64,000 nt of DNA, taken from the NCBI GenBank assembly GCA_029251005.1, contig JAQXEE010000002.1, positions 210 to 64,209 on the forward strand, given 5' to 3'. Below are positions 60,261 through 64,000 of the stretch, in pieces (positions within the stretch are counted from its first letter, which is position 1; each line of letters opens with the position of its first letter). Position numbers and translations under genes: made by a program. The notes under the pieces were generated by a model. That model searched no databases, was not told the origin of the DNA, and saw only the letters and a list, made by a program, of their open reading frames with translations. The stretch comes from Flavobacteriales bacterium. Its GTDB lineage: Bacteria > Bacteroidota > Bacteroidia > Flavobacteriales_C > GCA-002722245.

Positions 60261-62663
60261 ATGCGATTTCATATCTTATTGGCTTTTTTACTTGCATTCC
60301 TTTTTGGTTCAGCACAAAAAGGTATCGTATCTGGTAAGTTAATCGATCGCAATACAAAACAACCAATTCCATATTCGAATGTTGTTTTATTCAACTTAAA
60401 CGATTCCATCATTAACGGATCTATTACAAATGATCTAGGTGAATTTACAATCATAAACATCCCATGGGGTAAATATTACCTTTCTTTTCAATCACTTACT
60501 CACAAGGAATTAAAAACCGATCCCATTAATTTATCGACTTCTACCGTACAAATAAAATTGGGTGAAATAATTTTAAAGGAATCAACAAATTTGACGGATG
60601 AAGTAAGCATCAAAGTAGAAAGAGCTGCTGTAAAAATTGAACCTGCTAAAAAAACCTTTGATGTTGCTGCAACTGGAGCAGACGCTGGAGGAACAGCAAT
60701 AGATGTATTAAATAATTTACCTTCAGTTGATGTAGATGATAATGGAACCGTTAGCTTGAGAGGTAATAGCAATATCAGAGTTTTAATCGACGGAAAACCG
60801 GCTGGAGTTACCTCAGATGATATTACTTTAGTCATTTCTCAACTGCCGGCGAATTCCATTGAAACAATCGAAGTTATCACTGTTCCTTCTGCCAAATACG
60901 ACCCTGAAGGTGTTGGTGGAATTATTAACATCATTCTAAAAAAGGAAAAAAAGAAAGGTTACCGAGGTTCGTCTAGCATTTCGTACGCTGCAATTGATAA
61001 AGTTAATGCGAGAGTTTCTTTAAGCATCAATAAAAAAAAATGGGGTTTAAATACATCTTACAGTTACACCGATGGAACTTACTGGAAAAAAATAACAAGC
61101 GATGCTTCAACTTTAATTGATGACAGTTTAACCATTTTTAATAATCATCGAAATGCAATAAACCGTTTCCCTAATCACAACGCAAAACTAGAGGTTTCCT
61201 ACAAGGTTAATAAAATCACAAAACTTAACCTTGAAGGAACGGTAAAGAAAATGTTTTTTAATAATTTAGATTCTTCGGAACTTTATTGGAATTACGATCA
61301 AAAAAACATAATTGAAAACACTCGGAATTCAAATAAAAAAGGGCACAGACTAAGCGGTGGAGGACAATTTAGTTTAGTTTCAAAATTTAAAAATGGAAAT
61401 TCAATAAACTTTCTTTCAAGATTAAAAGGCGTGAATACGCCTAAAGAAGGTTACTTTGACGAGCCTTACCTCTTGCAAAAAGAAACTAGAGTATTTGGTG
61501 CTCAAAATATAGTAAATCAACTCGATTTAACTTTCCCAATTAAAAAAGCAACTAATGACACTGTTAACCTAAAGTATTTAACAATTGAAACAGGCTTAAA
61601 GTCAGCATTTCGTGAATTTCATGAAAATTATAGTTTCTTCGATTACAGCCCAAGTTTAAATAGCTATTATGAGCAAACTTCATTTTCAAATGATTTGAAA
61701 TACAGTGAAAATGTTTATGCTATATATGGTTTATTAAACTTAGGAAATAAAAACTATAAGGCTTCATTTGGGCTTCGATCTGAATATTCAGATATTATTT
61801 CTGAAGCTGCCGGAAATAAGTTTAACAAAGCACTATTGAACTTATTTCCAAGTGCCTCAATAGTTCGTTCATTTTCGGAAACGAGATCGTTATCAATCAG
61901 TTATGGTAAAAGAATAAAGCGACCGCGTGGGAAACAACTCAATCCTATTCCGAGCTACTCCAACCCCTACAGTATTTTTATTGGAAACGCAGAATTAATT
62001 CCAGAGAAAAGTCACATGAGTGAAATATCCTACTTAAACATAGCCAAAAAAACCACCTTTAACGGAACCGTATTTCATCAATTCCGAGATGATCGCTTAG
62101 GAAGATTAAGCTACACCGATTCTATTACAGGAACATCAACTGTAGAATGGTATAATTTCAAATTTCACCAAACACTTGGTTTAGAATTGTTTGCTAATTT
62201 CAAAGCGAAAAAATGGTTTAAAATAAATGGATCAAGTACATTTTATAACACTTGGGTTGATGGCTCTAACTTCAGAGAAAGTTACACTGCTGAGTATTTT
62301 GGATACGATTTAAAAACCAATCTCCAATTTCAACTTGCTGCAAATACAAATTTAACAATCACGGGTGATTACAATTCAGCTCGTATAGCTGTAGTTGGAA
62401 CTGTTATTCCTCGTTATGGCTCTGACATATCCGTTAAACAAAAGTTATGGAAAAAAAAAGCAACGCTTTCGGTAAGGCTAACAGATGTCTTTAAGACGAG
62501 AGGCTTCGGTATAGATGTAAATACCGATAACTGGGAAAGAATAGTTAGATATCGATATGAATCACAATTATTGTGGGTTGCTTTTAGCTATTCATTTGGT
62601 CAAACTAAATTTGGTGGTAAAAGAAATTTTAAAAGAACCTCTCCCAACGATCGTAGCTTTTAG
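60261..62663 (+). CDS. TonB-dependent receptor-like outer-membrane protein (OMP_b-brl_3 type)
   Basis: Carboxypeptidase-regulatory-like domain, plug (DVLNNLPSVDVD..G.VSLRG, VLIDGKP, PSAKYDPEG.GGIINI.LKK), RIKRP, GNAELIPE, FSYSFG near the end. Confidence 0.9.
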   Translation: MRFHILLAFLLAFLFGSAQKGIVSGKLIDRNTKQPIPYSNVVLFNLNDSIINGSITNDLGEFTIINIPWGKYYLSFQSLTHKELKTDPINLSTSTVQIKLGEIILKESTNLTDEVSIKVERAAVKIEPAKKTFDVAATGADAGGTAIDVLNNLPSVDVDDNGTVSLRGNSNIRVLIDGKPAGVTSDDITLVISQLPANSIETIEVITVPSAKYDPEGVGGIINIILKKEKKKGYRGSSSISYAAIDKVNARVSLSINKKKWGLNTSYSYTDGTYWKKITSDASTLIDDSLTIFNNHRNAINRFPNHNAKLEVSYKVNKITKLNLEGTVKKMFFNNLDSSELYWNYDQKNIIENTRNSNKKGHRLSGGGQFSLVSKFKNGNSINFLSRLKGVNTPKEGYFDEPYLLQKETRVFGAQNIVNQLDLTFPIKKATNDTVNLKYLTIETGLKSAFREFHENYSFFDYSPSLNSYYEQTSFSNDLKYSENVYAIYGLLNLGNKNYKASFGLRSEYSDIISEAAGNKFNKALLNLFPSASIVRSFSETRSLSISYGKRIKRPRGKQLNPIPSYSNPYSIFIGNAELIPEKSHMSEISYLNIAKKTTFNGTVFHQFRDDRLGRLSYTDSITGTSTVEWYNFKFHQTLGLELFANFKAKKWFKINGSSTFYNTWVDGSNFRESYTAEYFGYDLKTNLQFQLAANTNLTITGDYNSARIAVVGTVIPRYGSDISVKQKLWKKKATLSVRLTDVFKTRGFGIDVNTDNWERIVRYRYESQLLWVAFSYSFGQTKFGGKRNFKRTSPNDRSF

Positions 62664-64000
62664 GCTTTTAATTCCTCTAATAAATCCTTCAACTTCTCAA
62701 TAAGTATCCCTACTTTTTTCTTAAGTGATAAAATTCCATCATTGCTTCTAGCATCAAGCTCAACTTGTAGTAATAAATTATATATTGAAGTATTCCCTAA
62801 TATTTGAATGTTAGGTTTCATTTTATGACAAATAGAGCCTAACTTCTCACGATTTAATTCTGAATTAAAAGCAATCAGCATTTCCAAATCCTTGGGTATT
62901 TCAGATTTAATCTTATCTAAAATTTTCAACATTAGCCGTTCACTCCCCCCAACATAATCAAGCAAGAAATTCCTGTCCCATAATTTAGGAACATTTAAAC
63001 TCAACGCAGTAGAATCATCTAAATCAAATGCTAACGAAGGTAATTCTCTAGTATTTAATAACTGACTTATTTTTTGATATAATTCTTCAGGTTTGTATGG
63101 CTTAGATAAATATTCGTCAGCTCCCGCAGCTTTACATTTGTCCATTTCTACCTCAGAAACATGTGCTGTTAAAGCAATAATAGGCACATTAAAACCAGCC
63201 GCTCTCAACTTCCGAATGGCTTCATACCCGTCCATAACAGGCATTTGCATATCCATCAATATCAGAGCATGCTTTTCTGGATCAAAAAGGTTAATTGCCT
63301 CTTGTCCATTCACTGCTAATTCTACTTCCGCTTCAATCTCATTCAACAAATCGGTTACCACTAATTGATTTACAGGATTATCTTCTACAAGTAGTATATT
63401 CGTACCACCAAGTTTTAAATCCAAATTATCGTTGGATACTGAAATGCTCGACTCAGATATTTTTTTAAAAGGATATAAAATTTCAAATATAAAGGATGAA
63501 CCTTTTTCTTCTTCACTCACTATAGAAACAGACCCTCCTTGCAATTCTACAAGCTTTTTTACAATAGACAATCCTAAACCGGTTCCTCCAAATTCACGAG
63601 TTGTACTTGAGTTAGCCTGACTAAACTCGTTAAATATTTTAAACTGTTGTTCTTGTGAAATTCCAATTCCTGTATCTGTTATGGTAAACCTCAACAATAC
63701 ATCCTCGCCTGACATTTCCACAGCATTCACGGTTAGTGTTACACTTCCTTCTTGTGTAAATTTAACAGCATTATTAATCAAATTATACAATATTTGATTA
63801 AGTCTAACGGAATCTCCAACTAATACTTCTGGCAGATCATTTTTGTGATAATTAGCAACTAATTCAATGCCCTTCTCTAGTGCTTTCCCCTCAAAAACAC
63901 CAACTACAGAACTCAAAAGGTTAATAAATAAGAACTCTTTTTTCTCCAAAGAAAGCTTTCCCGCTTCTATTTTTGAAATATCAAGTATGTCATTAATAAT
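62660..64000 (-). CDS. Hybrid sensor histidine kinase (HisKA-HATPase-REC-HPt), 5'-truncated by the window edge
   Basis: The frame stays open to 64000 (IINDILDISKIEAGK); NLINNAVKFT, DTGIGI, GGTGLGLSI, LLVEDN, ILMDMQMP, HPt CHKMK. Confidence 0.95.
   Translation of the reverse strand: MINDILDISKIEAGKLSLEKKEFLFINLLSSVVGVFEGKALEKGIELVANYHKNDLPEVLVGDSVRLNQILYNLINNAVKFTQEGSVTLTVNAVEMSGEDVLLRFTITDTGIGISQEQQFKIFNEFSQANSSTTREFGGTGLGLSIVKKLVELQGGSVSIVSEEEKGSSFIFEILYPFKKISESSISVSNDNLDLKLGGTNILLVEDNPVNQLVVTDLLNEIEAEVELAVNGQEAINLFDPEKHALILMDMQMPVMDGYEAIRKLRAAGFNVPIIALTAHVSEVEMDKCKAAGADEYLSKPYKPEELYQKISQLLNTRELPSLAFDLDDSTALSLNVPKLWDRNFLLDYVGGSERLMLKILDKIKSEIPKDLEMLIAFNSELNREKLGSICHKMKPNIQILGNTSIYNLLLQVELDARSNDGILSLKKKVGILIEKLKDLLEELKA

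Noticed and set aside
63947-63949. ORF-track start of the hybrid kinase at 63949
   Set aside because: The frame continues to the window edge through the HisKA C-terminus (INDILDISKIEAGK), so the real start lies beyond 64000.
1-64000. CRISPR arrays, IS elements, prophage, rRNA
   Set aside because: I noticed no regularly spaced repeats, transposase, integrase or phage genes, or rRNA-like sequence. Visual inspection could miss short degenerate MITEs.

Overview
A 64-kb, AT-rich (about one-third GC by eye) stretch of core chromosome. It is most likely from a Bacteroidota, probably Flavobacteriales-like; this is inferred from TAnnTTTG promoters, a T9SS sorting domain, DUF4249/DUF4421/DUF6268 genes and the recF-ribH-TPR cluster. 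It holds about 55 CDS, one tRNA-Val(TAC), one TPP riboswitch and several intrinsic terminators. I saw no integrase, transposase, prophage or CRISPR array. Housekeeping genes include dnaK, clpB, xth, rlmF, rluF, rlmI, recF, ribH, serA/serB-like, dapD, kdsA and yidD. Accessory-type content includes three TonB-dependent receptors, several outer-membrane barrels, a thiamine uptake module, a three-gene lysine catabolic cluster and a GH18+GH20 pair. The items most worth a second look are: (1) a full-length LytS-type pseudo-histidine kinase lacking its phospho-His and G-box, probably co-transcribed with a TPR-PrsW intramembrane protease and divergent from an outer-membrane receptor; (2) matching sigma54-like -24/-12 elements plus TGACA-type sites upstream of both dnaK and clpB; (3) a stand-alone, motif-degenerate RhlE-type helicase C-terminal domain; (4) a Campylobacter-type DapD; (5) a thioredoxin-fold protein split by a ~158-aa insertion; (6) several genes whose ATG sits 4 nt after the -7 promoter element (candidate leaderless mRNAs), including an unannotated 54-aa membrane protein. 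All family assignments come from motif recognition by eye; no searches were run.
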